Shown here: in pieces, positions 47,589 through 59,199 of the stretch | How positions within the stretch are numbered: position 1 is the stretch's first letter | Layout of the letters: every line of letters begins with the position of its first letter | Assembly (NCBI GenBank): GCA_026025075.1 | Contig: JAPEUI010000001.1 | Coordinates: forward strand, 62,001 to 126,000 | Direction of reading: 5' to 3' | Length of the DNA stretch: 64,000 nucleotides | From: Vezdaea acicularis | Taxonomy: Eukaryota | Notes under the pieces: model-generated | Seen by the model: only the letters and a program-made list of their open reading frames with translations | Told to the model about the DNA's origin: nothing | Database searches by the model: none | Made by a program: the position numbers and the translations under genes

Positions 47589-50500
47589 ATGATGGAATCG
47601 CCAGGCGTCTTCCCCGAATCGCCTATGGACCAGGAGGATGCTGCATATCCGTGCAAAGGCTGCGGCGAGGTGAGCTTGCCCTACCACGATGCAAACGACT
47701 GATGATGGTCAAAAGAGCGCATGGTGCTGTAGAGATGTCCATGGCTAACACCGTATTCCATTGCAGATCCTCGAGGAGGGTAAAGCGTTCGAGTTGGGTG
47801 AGTGCAGCTTTCTCTTTTAGTCGAGCAAAAATGTAGTCGCTCCTCGTGAGTGCCATGAGGAAGAAGGGAGAAAAAAATAACAATTCGCCGTGCGTGGTTG
47901 GAAACCAATATGCTGAGTCCAATATAGCTGGCAACAGATGGCACATCGACTGCTTCCGATGTAACACCTGCAACACTCTTCTCGACTCCGATGCGAACCT
48001 GCTTCTCCTGGGCGACGGCTCCCTCATCTGCAACAACTGCACATACAGTTGTAATGCCTGCGGCAACAAGATCGAAGATTTGGCGATCCTCACCGGCGAC
48101 CAGGCCTTCTGTGCGAGCTGTTTTCGCTGTCGGAACTGCAAGCGGAAGATTGAGAATCTTCGCTATGCACGCACATCACAGGGCATCTTCTGCATGAGCT
48201 GTCATGAATCGCTGATGGCACGACGACGGAAGAAGACGAGAGCAAACCGGGACCAACAGCAGAAGGCGGGCAGCAATTCACAGTCGCCCATGCTGCTGGA
48301 CAAGTCCTTGCCTTCACTTCCTTCGACCTTGCCCGGTCAGAGCGCTACAAATGCACCTCCAATACCAACGTCCGCCACAAGCTCACTTGCTCCCGATCAC
48401 TCGACACCACCTTCCGAGTCTTTGACGGAGACACCAACGGACAACTCGCCACGTCCAAAGCCTTCCAGCCAGCGCAACGAGCTCACTTCTTCGAGGGGTG
48501 CGATACAAGACCGTTCGCAACCGCCCGCGGAGACTGGACACGCTGATGATACCAGTGCGAGAAAAGGTGTGTTTCCCCCGTTCAACCCTGTCAATCGTCA
48601 CATTGTTGCTCATTTAAATTGTACAGAAAACGCCAAAGCTAATATATTACTGCCTTCAACCACCTACGAGAGCAGCCGCACCCCCCCTCCACCCGACTTC
48701 CAGGCCCGTACCTCGGGTGACTCCAACGACCCATTCTCTTCATTCATTCCTCTAGCTCTCGACGATCGGCCCGCATCTGGCCCCTCGCCGCTTGTTCACA
48801 GCCAGAACTTCGCAGAAAGTTCACACGAAAAAGAGGCACCTCCGAGCAAGCCGAAGGAAAGCAAGGGCGATCGAGATTATTTCAACGTCACAAGAACGCC
48901 GTCCGGCCGAAAAGATACCCTTGACAAGACGAACAAGAAGGTCGGCAGCCCGCACGTCGCGTATCAGGAAAAGGGAAGACAGCCGTCTTCGGAGCTCACA
49001 GACATGATACGAAACCGCTCCCGCTCGGAATTTGGTGGGGACGGGCAGAATGCCGCAAACCTCAGGTCGACATCCACTGGTGATAATACAAAGGTGCAAC
49101 ACGTACCAGCGCCAGTCCAGAATGGGAGGACTGCTTCAGGCTCGGGAGATAAATTCAAGCTGCAGGAGGTCCCCAAGAGCAGGAAATCCGGGAGCACGAG
49201 AAGCTCCAAATCAGGGGTACCGTCGCCGAGCCCAGACGGCTCAAAGGAGCAAATAGCTGTCCCCCAGACAGACTCTCCTAAACCGATTGTGGGCTTAGGA
49301 GTGATGGATGGATCGCCACGGATATCACAAGACTCGAGAAATGATTCGGTAAACTCCATGGCTTCGTCACAAATGCAGCATAATCCGAGAAGAGAAGACT
49401 CTCTGGCTGCAGCAATGCCGAAGCAAACGATTGCAAGGAAAGAACTTCCAAGTTCTGGCTCTTCATCAAGTTCTCCCCATGCGCCTGGATTTGGTCCACC
49501 CCAAGGCTCCACTACATCCACCGAGGTATCAACGTCTGCTCTCGCTGCCACCAACGGTAACAAGATGACTCCACCCTCTTCTGGTGACAGCGAGGGTAAG
49601 CAGATACCGCCCAAATCCAAGGGTAGGCCACCCGTCGGTGCCGCAGGCCAGTATGGTGTATCCAGAGGTCCCATGGTTGGTGAAGAGCAACATATGCCCA
49701 CCTCGGCCGGAACGACGCAGACTGATTCCTCTCGAGGCGGCGACGCGCCACTCTCGTCGCCGGCTCTCCCACAGTACCTCGCTGGCGGCGACTTCAACAT
49801 GGAAGAGGACATGGCTCGCATTCTTGGTGGCCAAGACGAGAGCTCAACCTCATTGCTCCGCCGAGTCTCAAATGCTGTTCGACACGGTCGAAGCTTCAGC
49901 GACATGGCAGCGCGGACGAGCTCATCTCCGAAATATGCAAAGTCACCGCCAAACGGTTCCATTGCTCGCGAAATCACGACACCGACGAGCTCGCCGGAGA
50001 CCAAGGAAGAAAATGTCGTGCTCAAGCATGAGCTGAGGCGGTCGGCCCAGAAGATTGCTGAGCTGGAAAGAAGAATCAACGGAACACATGAAATCAAGAG
50101 CCTGGACACCAAGCTGCGGGAAAAGAGATCGACGGTTGCCTTCCTCGACTCGCAAAAGGAGATTGTGGTTCGAGAGTTAGAGGTCTTGACCGATCATGTT
50201 GCTCAGGCGAAGCACAACGATAAGCCAATCAACCTCGATGACCTCTCTAACAGCGTCATTCGCGAGTTCGCAGAGTCACTAGAGAGACTGAAGGATTCGT
50301 ATGCCCCCGAGATCGAGGAGCTAGTACACCAGCGGAATCAGCTCCTCGAAGAGAATGCCAACCTCACCCGTCTTCGCGATCAAGCCATCCAAGAGACTGA
50401 GCAACTAAACCTGAAGAACGCCCAGCTCGCCGACCTGAATAATGAACTCACACAACAGATTCAAGAGCGATACAAGGCCAATCGTGCCTTCCCAGTCGAT

Positions 50501-51692
50501 CACACGATGGACAGCCCCCGTGCAAATGGCCTTGGTATCTACACGCATCATCACAAAGAGCTTTCAACTACCTCCATGGACACCCGTGACATGCGGCCCA
50601 TGACTGCTGCAGGTGCCTCTTCCTCATACTCCACTCTCGTACCCACGCCACAGGAACAGTCTGAAGGCGAGCCTGCTACCGTGTTGACCGCCCCACATGT
50701 CATAAATATCCGGAAAGGGCAAGCAAAGAAGTTCAATTGGAAGAAAGGAGGTCAATCGGTGGCGAAGGGCGTCTCGAAGGGTTTCAAAGGTGCTTTCAGT
50801 TCCACGGACAGACAGAATCAGCCATACTCGCAGCAGGACCGGCCAATGGCTGAAGGCCTTCCCTACGGAATGACCCAAGCGGGCGAGACCCCAACGATGA
50901 TTAAACCTGCAGATATGCAGAATAAGCAGCCGCGTTTCGGTATATTCGCCGCGGCCTCGCGTGGTCAGCCGGGACGAAGTGCATCAAATGGGAATATCAA
51001 CGCCCTGATATCTGAGCCAGGCCTGGGCAATCCCAGCATTCTCTTTGGCTCGGATCTTGGCGAGCGTGCGGAGTTCGAGAGGAGGCAGATCCCTAGCGTC
51101 GTCACCAGGTGCATCGAGGAGGTGGAGCTTAGAGGCATGGACATTGAAGGTATCTACAGGAAAACAGGTGGAAATAGTCTGGTCAAGGTGATCCAGGAGG
51201 GCTTCGAGAAGAGCGAGGATTTTGACATTAGCGATCCTGGTCTGGACATCACAGCCGTCACGAGCGTGCTGAAACAGTACTTCCGAAAACTCCCCAACCC
51301 GCTGCTCACCTTCGATAGCTATGATAGGGTCCTGGAAGTAAATGGTAGACTTTCCTTCAATTTTCAATATTTTTATCTCTTCAAACACGATTGCTAACAC
51401 CACGCTCAAACTAGGTTTGCACGAGCTACATCTCAAGATTGACTCGTTCCGAGCTACCATCAACTCTTTACCTCCCAGGCACCGCGACTGCCTTGAATTT
51501 CTCATCTTCCATCTTGCACGTGTCGCGACAAGGGAAAAGGAGAATCTGATGACACCCAAGAACCTAGCGGTTGTCTTTGCTCCCACAATCATGCGCGACA
51601 CCAGCCTTGAGCGAGAGATGACCGATATGCATTCGAAGAACCAGGCTGTGCAGTTTCTGATCGAGAACAACAAGAGCATCTTCGCAACATGA
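47589..51692 (+). CDS. RGA1: LIM-domain Rho GTPase-activating protein, Rga1/Rga2-like (5 exons)
   Basis: Spliced N-terminus YPCKGCGE|ILEEGKAFEL|AGNRWHIDCFRC starts two LIM domains. A coiled coil follows, then the RhoGAP domain (EGIYRKTGG, KQYFRKLPNPL, NLMTPKNLAVVFAPT). Confidence 0.9.
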
Positions 51693-52348
51693 TCGGGGTT
51701 TACGAACGAATGACGACTGGGGTGGCATCTCCCTTGACTTGAACCACTAAAAAAAACGGGTTGGTTTCCTTGTGGTGGCATTGTGACTAAAGATGCTCGA
51801 CTGGCCATGTGTGTAGGGGCCCCATCTTGCATTGATCTGGGTTCATTCGCGTTTTTCAGCGTGCGACTTTGATTTGCGGCATAGGACCCTCGGCAGAGGT
51901 GCCGGGTATGCGTTTGTGGTTGTTTTTTGTGATTTTCTGTTGTTGGAAGGATGGATCGCGACTTGAATCAAGATACTCCGACCCGATGGGCATTCTGTTA
52001 CTTTGAGCTAATTTGGGCCGATTGGGTGTGTGTGGGTTCGATGCTACTCCCGCTTCCGCCTGCGACTCTTGGTGCGCACGTAGGCATAGAGTCGGGCCTT
52101 TCGTTAGCCCGCCAGGATTTTTTGTGTACAGTGAGGTTTTTGCGAACGGATAGGGGTGGAGATGGGAATGGAAAGGCATGATCATTACTTTTGTATTGAG
52201 TATCTTGGAGGCGGAGAATTTGAGTTTATGACGAGTTTACCCATGATTACATGACTCTTCGGTTTGAGGGAGTGACAGTGGTGATACGATGGTGGCTCCT
52301 CAAGAGTTCACTAGAGTGAATCATCACATAAAAACCGAGAGTGAAAGA

Positions 52349-53611
52349 TCAAGGTTGATCCTCTCTATTCACTTCCGCCGCATCACGCTTCCCATACACA
52401 AATCCCTTCCAATTCTGCCCCAGCTGCCTGACCCCGCTCTCCAGACTCCAGCCCCTGACTTCGCAAATACATTCCACCATCTCCCTCAACAACGCGTCCA
52501 TCTCGTCCCCAGCTTTGTGGAGGTCGCTCTCCACCAGCAACCTGTTCTCAGGCACCGCCTTGATGACCTCAACCGCCTTCGCGCTCGCCGAGGTAGAGAA
52601 ATTGATGACCGTAGAAAAGGATAGGTAGACCTCGCACGGCACCGACGGGTGGAAGTACTGCTTCAGCCCCTCCGGCGGCCCAGAGTACGAGTGCAGACAT
52701 ATCCTGGGCGGGAACGGCCTCGGGCCCTCCGCAGCAGAAATCTGTGATCCCTCCTCATCGTCCCAAGGGTCGGGCGTACCGGTGGTCCCATGCGCCTCCG
52801 CGACGCTCCCTCGCCGCTTCCGCGTCCGCCGACTGACCACCTCCCTCTCCCATCCTTTCCACGTCGCGCGCAGCGTCTCAAAGAGCACTCCATGCGCCTG
52901 CACGCCATGCACGGATACCGCGCGGCCCAGCTCGCCCGCGAGCTTCAGTTGCGCGGTCAACACTTTCTGCTGGTGGGCCAGGGAGACACGGTGCGGGGAG
53001 AGCCGGCGACCTTCGCGCCCGCCAGGGGTGAGCGTGGAGTCCTGCTGCTCGGGCGCGTCAGCGGACTCCGCGGTCGAGGGTTCGGGCAGGCGGAAGGAGC
53101 GGTCGAGTCCGATTTCGCCGACGAGCGCGAGCGGGTGCCGGGTTAGGTAGGAGCGTGTCTGGGCGATGTAGGCGGAGAGGGAGGAGGGGGCGGGGAGGGC
53201 GGAGAGGAAAGAGGCGGAGGGCGGGGGGGTGATTGCGGCGTGGTAGTGCGTTGCGGCAAAGGAGGCGGAGGTGGGGTCGGGAGAGGCGGCGGCGGAGATG
53301 TCGTCGTAGAGCTGATGCGAGAACCATGGGTGCCAGCCGAAGCAGGGGATCACTTTCCCGCTGGAGGGTTCGTTTGGGTCAACGCCCAGTTCGTCCGCGA
53401 CGGAAGATACGAGGTGTTGGTCTTGTGAGCGCGTAGCCATCACGGTGAGGGTGGCGGCTTTCATGTGGGGGATGGAGGGGATGGAGGACATGGTGTCGGT
53501 GGGGTGGCAGTGTGCGTCGTGCACGCCCAGATGCCATGGGAACTGAGCGGTTCCTTCTCCCGCACCCCCAGTCTCCATGTCTGTAGATTCCTTCCGGGAG
53601 TCCTCCGCCAT
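52349..53611 (-). CDS. SCN1: TatD-family metallo-hydrolase, Cut9-interacting Scn1-like
   Basis: [43 protein letters not shown] and LLVESDLH motifs. Confidence 0.85.
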   Translation of the reverse strand: MAEDSRKESTDMETGGAGEGTAQFPWHLGVHDAHCHPTDTMSSIPSIPHMKAATLTVMATRSQDQHLVSSVADELGVDPNEPSSGKVIPCFGWHPWFSHQLYDDISAAASPDPTSASFAATHYHAAITPPPSASFLSALPAPSSLSAYIAQTRSYLTRHPLALVGEIGLDRSFRLPEPSTAESADAPEQQDSTLTPGGREGRRLSPHRVSLAHQQKVLTAQLKLAGELGRAVSVHGVQAHGVLFETLRATWKGWEREVVSRRTRKRRGSVAEAHGTTGTPDPWDDEEGSQISAAEGPRPFPPRICLHSYSGPPEGLKQYFHPSVPCEVYLSFSTVINFSTSASAKAVEVIKAVPENRLLVESDLHKAGDEMDALLREMVECICEVRGWSLESGVRQLGQNWKGFVYGKRDAAEVNREDQP

Positions 53612-53918
53612 GTTTAGTTGAAGTCGAATATCAAAAACGCGGATGTTCATGTGAAGATGGTTCCTCTCGGCAAATCCCCCGCCGCAAGCGACGGCGACAG
53701 CCGTTGCCAAGCCGCAAGCATGGATTTTCACATGCTTCCGTCGACATGATGCAACCGGCTACCGCAGCCGTCCCCAATCCCGGGGTCCTTTAATGCGAAC
53801 CGGTTCTAGCAGCAAAATCCTGACCTTTGCAAAACCCTCCCTACCACGCCAAGATGTCTTTCTCCTCCTCCACCACAGCCACGATGTTCCAGCGCTTCCC
53901 TCCGCTGTGCCGGTGACC

Positions 53919-54755
53919 ATGTTCTCACTGCTGAAGATGCTCCTCTGCTACCCCACCTCGGCGGCGCTGTCGACCTGCGCCGTCCTCTTCTGCCTCCCCA
54001 TCGCCCTCTTCGCCCTCTTCACCTCCTCAATCGCCTTTTCCACGCTGGCCATCCGAGTCCTGGTCGTCTACATCGAGCTCGGCATGGCCGTCACACACGA
54101 ATACTTCTTCATCTCGCCCTCCCCCCCACCCTACCAACCCACACGACCCCACCGATCCAGCTCATCCCCAACCGCAGGCCCGGACACAGCGCGGTGGACA
54201 AAGCGGAGAAGCAGCGCCGGCAGCTCCCGCTCAGACATCGTACCCGGACAGCAGCAGCAGCCGCCACGCCCGGCGCCGCAGCGCTCGCAGAGCGGCTTCT
54301 TCGGGCTCGGAGCAGTCGGGCTGGAGCGGGACTTCGAAGGTGTGGGCGGGTGGCGGTTCGCCGGGTCCGGAGGGGAAGACGACGAGATACAGTGGTCGTC
54401 GATGAACTCGCGGCTGAAGACGCCGTCCGCGCACGACCAGGACCGGAGGAGGAAACACCATCGCCGCTCCCTCACTTCCGGGAGCTTTCCCGCGGCTTTG
54501 ATGACGAGTAGCAGCAACACCTGGGCGACGCGCCATAGCCGGGCGAGGAGTCATCCCAAGACTCCGCCGGCGCATGTGACGTATAAGGAGGACGGAGAGA
54601 GCTACTTCCAGGACGAAAAAGCGAGGGCAACGGCGGATGTGGAGAAGGCGGTGGAGACCCTGGACAGCCAGATGAATGGCTCGAGTTCGACGATCAGCAG
54701 CGCTGCGAGCAGTACGAGGGGCTCGAGGTTGAATCTTACGATGAAGCTGAGGTGA
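53919..54755 (+). CDS. Uncharacterised fungal protein with N-terminal TM segment(s)
   Basis: Hydrophobic N-terminus (LPIALFALFTSSIAFSTLAIRVLVVYIELG), ERDFEGVGGWR motif and GC3-biased codons. Confidence 0.7.
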   Translation: MFSLLKMLLCYPTSAALSTCAVLFCLPIALFALFTSSIAFSTLAIRVLVVYIELGMAVTHEYFFISPSPPPYQPTRPHRSSSSPTAGPDTARWTKRRSSAGSSRSDIVPGQQQQPPRPAPQRSQSGFFGLGAVGLERDFEGVGGWRFAGSGGEDDEIQWSSMNSRLKTPSAHDQDRRRKHHRRSLTSGSFPAALMTSSSNTWATRHSRARSHPKTPPAHVTYKEDGESYFQDEKARATADVEKAVETLDSQMNGSSSTISSAASSTRGSRLNLTMKLR

Positions 54756-55099
54756 TGGGATGATGGATCGCTTGGCTGGGACCTTTCTTTTGACTAGGGG
54801 GGATCTTCGGAGCTTCGATAACGTTCTTTTCGATTGTCTAAATACTACTCTTGCCAATATCAGGTGGCGGCGGTATGAATTGGAACGGAGTTTGCGGCGC
54901 CTAGCTTTACATGGGTGGATGTATCCCAAGAATTGCATGAAGTCTTGGGTATTCACTTTTATCACAGACTTGCGAATACACGGATTTCAAGTTCTAGTAC
55001 TCCCTACTGATGGTCCTAATACTATACAACCGCCCCGTTTCAAAAGAAAATAACGAAAGCATCTCCCTCATAAATCCCATCAACAAACGCCTAATCAAG

Positions 55100-56801
55100 T
55101 CACGACATCAACGACTTGGAGTGGCGCGACACATCCGCCATCTCCTCGCGCATCACCTGATTGAACTCTTCCCATCCATCCAGATACACGTGATGGCCAG
55201 CTTTCTTGATCACCAGCACCTTTGCCGATCCGTTCTCAAGCTTACGCTCCTCCGGCGACGCGGATTTAAGAACCTTCTCTTGCTCTTCTTTCAGCTTTTG
55301 CTCTGCTGCATATCCACCAGCAATATCCATCCAGTCGTTCTCTCCGTACATGAAGACGATTGGTATGCCATGCTCTTTCAGGGTGGCTGATGGAGGTGAT
55401 ATATCACTCGTGGAGCCATCCGTCGCTGGGGGCGAGATAATCTGCCGCCCTACATTTTGTATACGCCGTATCAGGGGGCTCCTTGCGAACGCTCCCGGAG
55501 CCAGGATATACGATAGGGCGTATTCGCCGCTACCTCGTTGCCGGAACAGGGTATATGAATAATGATGAAGCGCTTGTGATTCTTCAGCAGGAAGGAAGGA
55601 GAAGCGCCGAGTAGTCCAGCCGGAAACGAAACGAGGCCCCAGCGGACCACCCCATCGGATTATGCTAAAGGGAGAAATGTTTGCGTCCCAGAGGTATGTC
55701 AACCATTTGGGGAGAGGCTTCCGCCGTGGGCCCGAACCGCCATCGTCAGCTGTTGCTTTCTTCGCTGCATCTTGCTCCGCTTTCGCCCTCGCATTAAAGA
55801 GTCTATTGTTGTCGCCACTACTTCGTGACCCATCGAGGCTTGTATGTCCAGCTGTTTCTTCTTGGGACTGGGTAAATTCATTACCCATCGTCGAGGACTC
55901 CGGCTCTGGCATAGCCTCGTTGACAGCATATGGGTCTTCAGGAATTCCGACAGGGGATGCAAGAATCAGTTTCTTCAAATGTCCCGGGTACTTCAAGGCG
56001 TACGCTACAGCCATATAGCCACCAAGACTATGGCCCAGGAGTGTGAATTTGTCGATCTTCCTTGCTATCCGCCACTCTTCGAGCGAATCGACGAACCAGC
56101 TCTCGGCCTCTGCGATCTTGCCCTCCCGATCCTTGGCGTGGATTCGGAAAGGCGGCCGGCTACTGCGACCCATTCCAAGCATATCCAGAGCCCAGAGTTT
56201 CCAGCCTTTCGGTCTACTGAGCCCTTCGAAGTTTCTGTAGAAGAAGCCAAGGCCAGCTCCATAACCGTGAACCATGACTAGATTCTCCTCAACGGTTTCA
56301 CCCACTCGCTCAATGGAGAACTCGTTCAATGCACGCTCTTTGCCAGGGAGCTTCACCAAATTGGAATGCCACCTTCTTGGCCCATAAGGGTCAGTAATAG
56401 AATTCGTTGTTACCGTGTGTACTGTATCGGGCTTATCCTCTCCAATTGACAAGCTCGAAGGCGATGTAGAAACAGGAGCGGAGCCGGTTTCCATTTGTGT
56501 CGGTGGTTGTTGTAGGTAAGGCACGAATGAGATGACCTTATGCTCTGCAGCGGCAGGGCTGATATTTGCCCACTTTGACTTATGTCAGCGTTTGTTTGAA
56601 TGTCGCATAAGTGTGTGAGAATACCCATTGAGAGAATCCGTCTTTGTAGCCTAGAGGGAACCAGCCTCCCGCCCTTCCCATCCTCTGCTCTTCGGTCGGG
56701 TGTGACATCTGCTGCTCTTTAGATCTATGGCGCGCGAGCATAGGTTGTTGCTTCCGGGCTCTGGCATCGTCGCCGGATCCGGACACTGAAGCAGTAGACA
56801 T
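55100..56801 (-). CDS. Alpha/beta-hydrolase, Cld1/Ict1 (ABHD4/5)-like lipid deacylase/acyltransferase (2 exons)
   Basis: VMVHGYGAGLGFF, DMLGMGRSSRP, GHSLGG nucleophile elbow and HHVYLD (HX4D). Splicing restores GFSQWWANISP. An upstream in-frame start is possible. Confidence 0.88.
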
Positions 56802-57694
56802 TACGTGGTTAGATCTTCTAGAAATATCCAAGGACGAGCCTGGATTCCTCAAAATGGCTGAAGGTGAAAATGATGAGGCGATGCGTGGCAAGGTTTTATA
56901 CTTTATAGAAGCACGCTGAGAGAAGAGTGAGAGGCGCAAAAGAATTGGCTCCAGATGCAATACAGCGCAGCAATTCTGTGGTAATGCCAGAGCTGACAAC
57001 CAAATGGCTTGGTCCCTGACTTTATACTTCACGAAAGGGAGGATGAGGATAAGGAGGGCCGGAGATTCCACAAGGCTGTCTATATTTCGGAGGGTGACGC
57101 GCAGGAACGATTGGTCCGGTGCAGGGGTAAAGCTCCGTAGATGGCTGGCTGGGCTGGCGAGTGACGATGCAATAGCACTGCCTGCGGAATGAGTTTGTCC
57201 GACCCGGCGATGTGGCGTCGTCACCACCTTAACTCCGACTGGCCTCCCATTGGGAGCGCATGTCCCACGGACCGGAGGACGGAGTCGGATGTTGCAAGTC
57301 CGCATATGGCGGGACACATTGAAATCATTGATATTTTCGCGTCCCAGCCACAATTGAATTGGCGTTCAAGTCATTGAGCTTACAATTCGAACCCTGTCCT
57401 TATTCGAATTGCAAGTCGCGACTGCCGACCTACGCGAAGGTGGAAATCCGCACTAAAGAACATCCCACCCTGTGACGACGCCAGCCACCTGTCAACAGTC
57501 GAAGCTGAGCTGCGACGGATGCCGTACGACACTTATCTGGAGATCCGCAGACTTTCCAGCTCACGATGTACTATGGCCAGCCATGAGCGGCGAACGCCCT
57601 TGGCTCTTGATCTTCTCAACCAAAGTATGAGCATCCCGACCATCATGTGAAGTTCGGCGCGCTCGCTTTGTGACTTTACTACAACAACCAGACC

Positions 57695-58966
57695 ATGGCA
57701 GAATCCAAACTCGACCAGATCGTCAAGGGCGCTCCACCTCCAAATGCCAAGCCGCCCATACCCAGCATCACGGCTTTTGTTCAACCACCCGAGGCACAAG
57801 CTGTCGTTGATCCTATATCGACCCTTCCTTCTTCGCCGCCGCAGATATATCTCAATCTGCTTATCCTCGAGGCCTCTCTTCGTTCGCAATTCCTAACCTT
57901 GCGGGCTCGCCGCAGACAGTACACTTTCTTCCTCTTCCTTCTCACGGCATGGATTGCCTTTTTCGCATACGCCTTATTCCTTCGGCCTCGGGAAGATGGG
58001 CGGGGCGTGGGTGGTTCGGTTTACTGGGTTATTGAGATGGGAGAAAGGGTTGCCCTTATGGGCGGCGTAGTGACCGCCGTGTTAATCTGGGGCACAGGTC
58101 AACTAGAAAGAGGAGTACGATGGCCTCGAAGATGGCTCGGCACTGCCAACCGAGGACTCCGGGGCATCAATTCAAAGCTCATTGTTGTGAAGGGGCCTTG
58201 GTGGAGGGAAATTCTATCATCCACACTCTCATTGTTCTTTCCCTACTCGTCGTTCTTTCCGACTCAAGGATCTTCGTACCATTACGTCGACCACTTGTCT
58301 GAGAAGAAGAGATATTCAGGGGACGCTTCCCTCCTTGGTGTTGAGGGACATGGCTATGACGAGGAGGATGTGCCATATGAAGAAGATTTGGCGCCTGGTG
58401 GGGATTACGTGAAATTGCTTCTGCTACCAAAGCCGTTTTCTCCAGCATTCCGTGAGAATTGGGAGGCCTTCCGCTCCGAATACTGGGAGAATGAAAACGA
58501 GCGTCGGGCAAAGCTGAGACATAGGCTTCAAGAGCGAGAGAGAGAGATTGCACGCCAAGAAGGTGGGTGGCTCTGGTGGACAGGGTGGAGCAGCTGGAGG
58601 CAAGCACGAGGAGCTAGTGGCAGGCATGATCTCGAAAAGACGCATCCACACCGTCATCACCATCACCTAGATCCTAAGAGTAGGCAGCAAAAAGACCACA
58701 GTCGATCTGGGTCTCATTCGCGGGGTTCCTCCCGTACCACGACCCCAACCCACGAGTTCGATGAGAAAACTCTGACGGAACGGGCACGTCGGGGCAGTAC
58801 CGCTAGTAATGCGAGCGAGAGGAGGAGAAAGGCTAAGCATGGCACTGGGAGTACCAGAGTATCACGCATGACGCCAGCCAATTCCAGGCCAACAACGCCT
58901 AGCGAAACAGACGGGATTTCGAGGGAGTCAAGTTTTAGGAGTACTTCTTCGGAGGGCGGGAGGTGA
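57695..58966 (+). CDS. SPO7: Nem1-Spo7 phosphatase regulatory subunit Spo7
   Basis: SSPPQIYLNLLILEASLRSQ, RARRRQYTFFL, two TMs and KLLLLPKPFSPAFRENWE. Confidence 0.92.
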   Translation: MAESKLDQIVKGAPPPNAKPPIPSITAFVQPPEAQAVVDPISTLPSSPPQIYLNLLILEASLRSQFLTLRARRRQYTFFLFLLTAWIAFFAYALFLRPREDGRGVGGSVYWVIEMGERVALMGGVVTAVLIWGTGQLERGVRWPRRWLGTANRGLRGINSKLIVVKGPWWREILSSTLSLFFPYSSFFPTQGSSYHYVDHLSEKKRYSGDASLLGVEGHGYDEEDVPYEEDLAPGGDYVKLLLLPKPFSPAFRENWEAFRSEYWENENERRAKLRHRLQEREREIARQEGGWLWWTGWSSWRQARGASGRHDLEKTHPHRHHHHLDPKSRQQKDHSRSGSHSRGSSRTTTPTHEFDEKTLTERARRGSTASNASERRRKAKHGTGSTRVSRMTPANSRPTTPSETDGISRESSFRSTSSEGGR

Positions 58967-59199
58967 TATCAGATCACAAAGCTTTGAATTTTTTAGCTAT
59001 TTGTCCTGTCGCTACCAGGGTGATCAAATCTACCTATTATATACGTTCACCTCCAAGTACAAATCCCCCGCTCGCGTTGCTCAATGTTCATGCTATTGCA
59101 TATGCCACATTGAGAAGCATATTTAGCTGTGAAGTCACTAAGATCCCATGGCCAGAAAATAGTCCCACATAGGGGGGCAGTAGCAAAATGTTGTCTTCC

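Noticed and set aside
46142..47836. 564-aa ORF
   Set aside because: It is open because of GC richness and the (GA)n tract, starts at GTG, has no domain, and overlaps the RhoGAP first exons out of frame.
48964..50112. 382-aa antisense ORF, and the many other antisense ORFs over SAS3, SRP40, eIF5B and CSF1
   Set aside because: Shadow frames of real coding sequence on the opposite strand.
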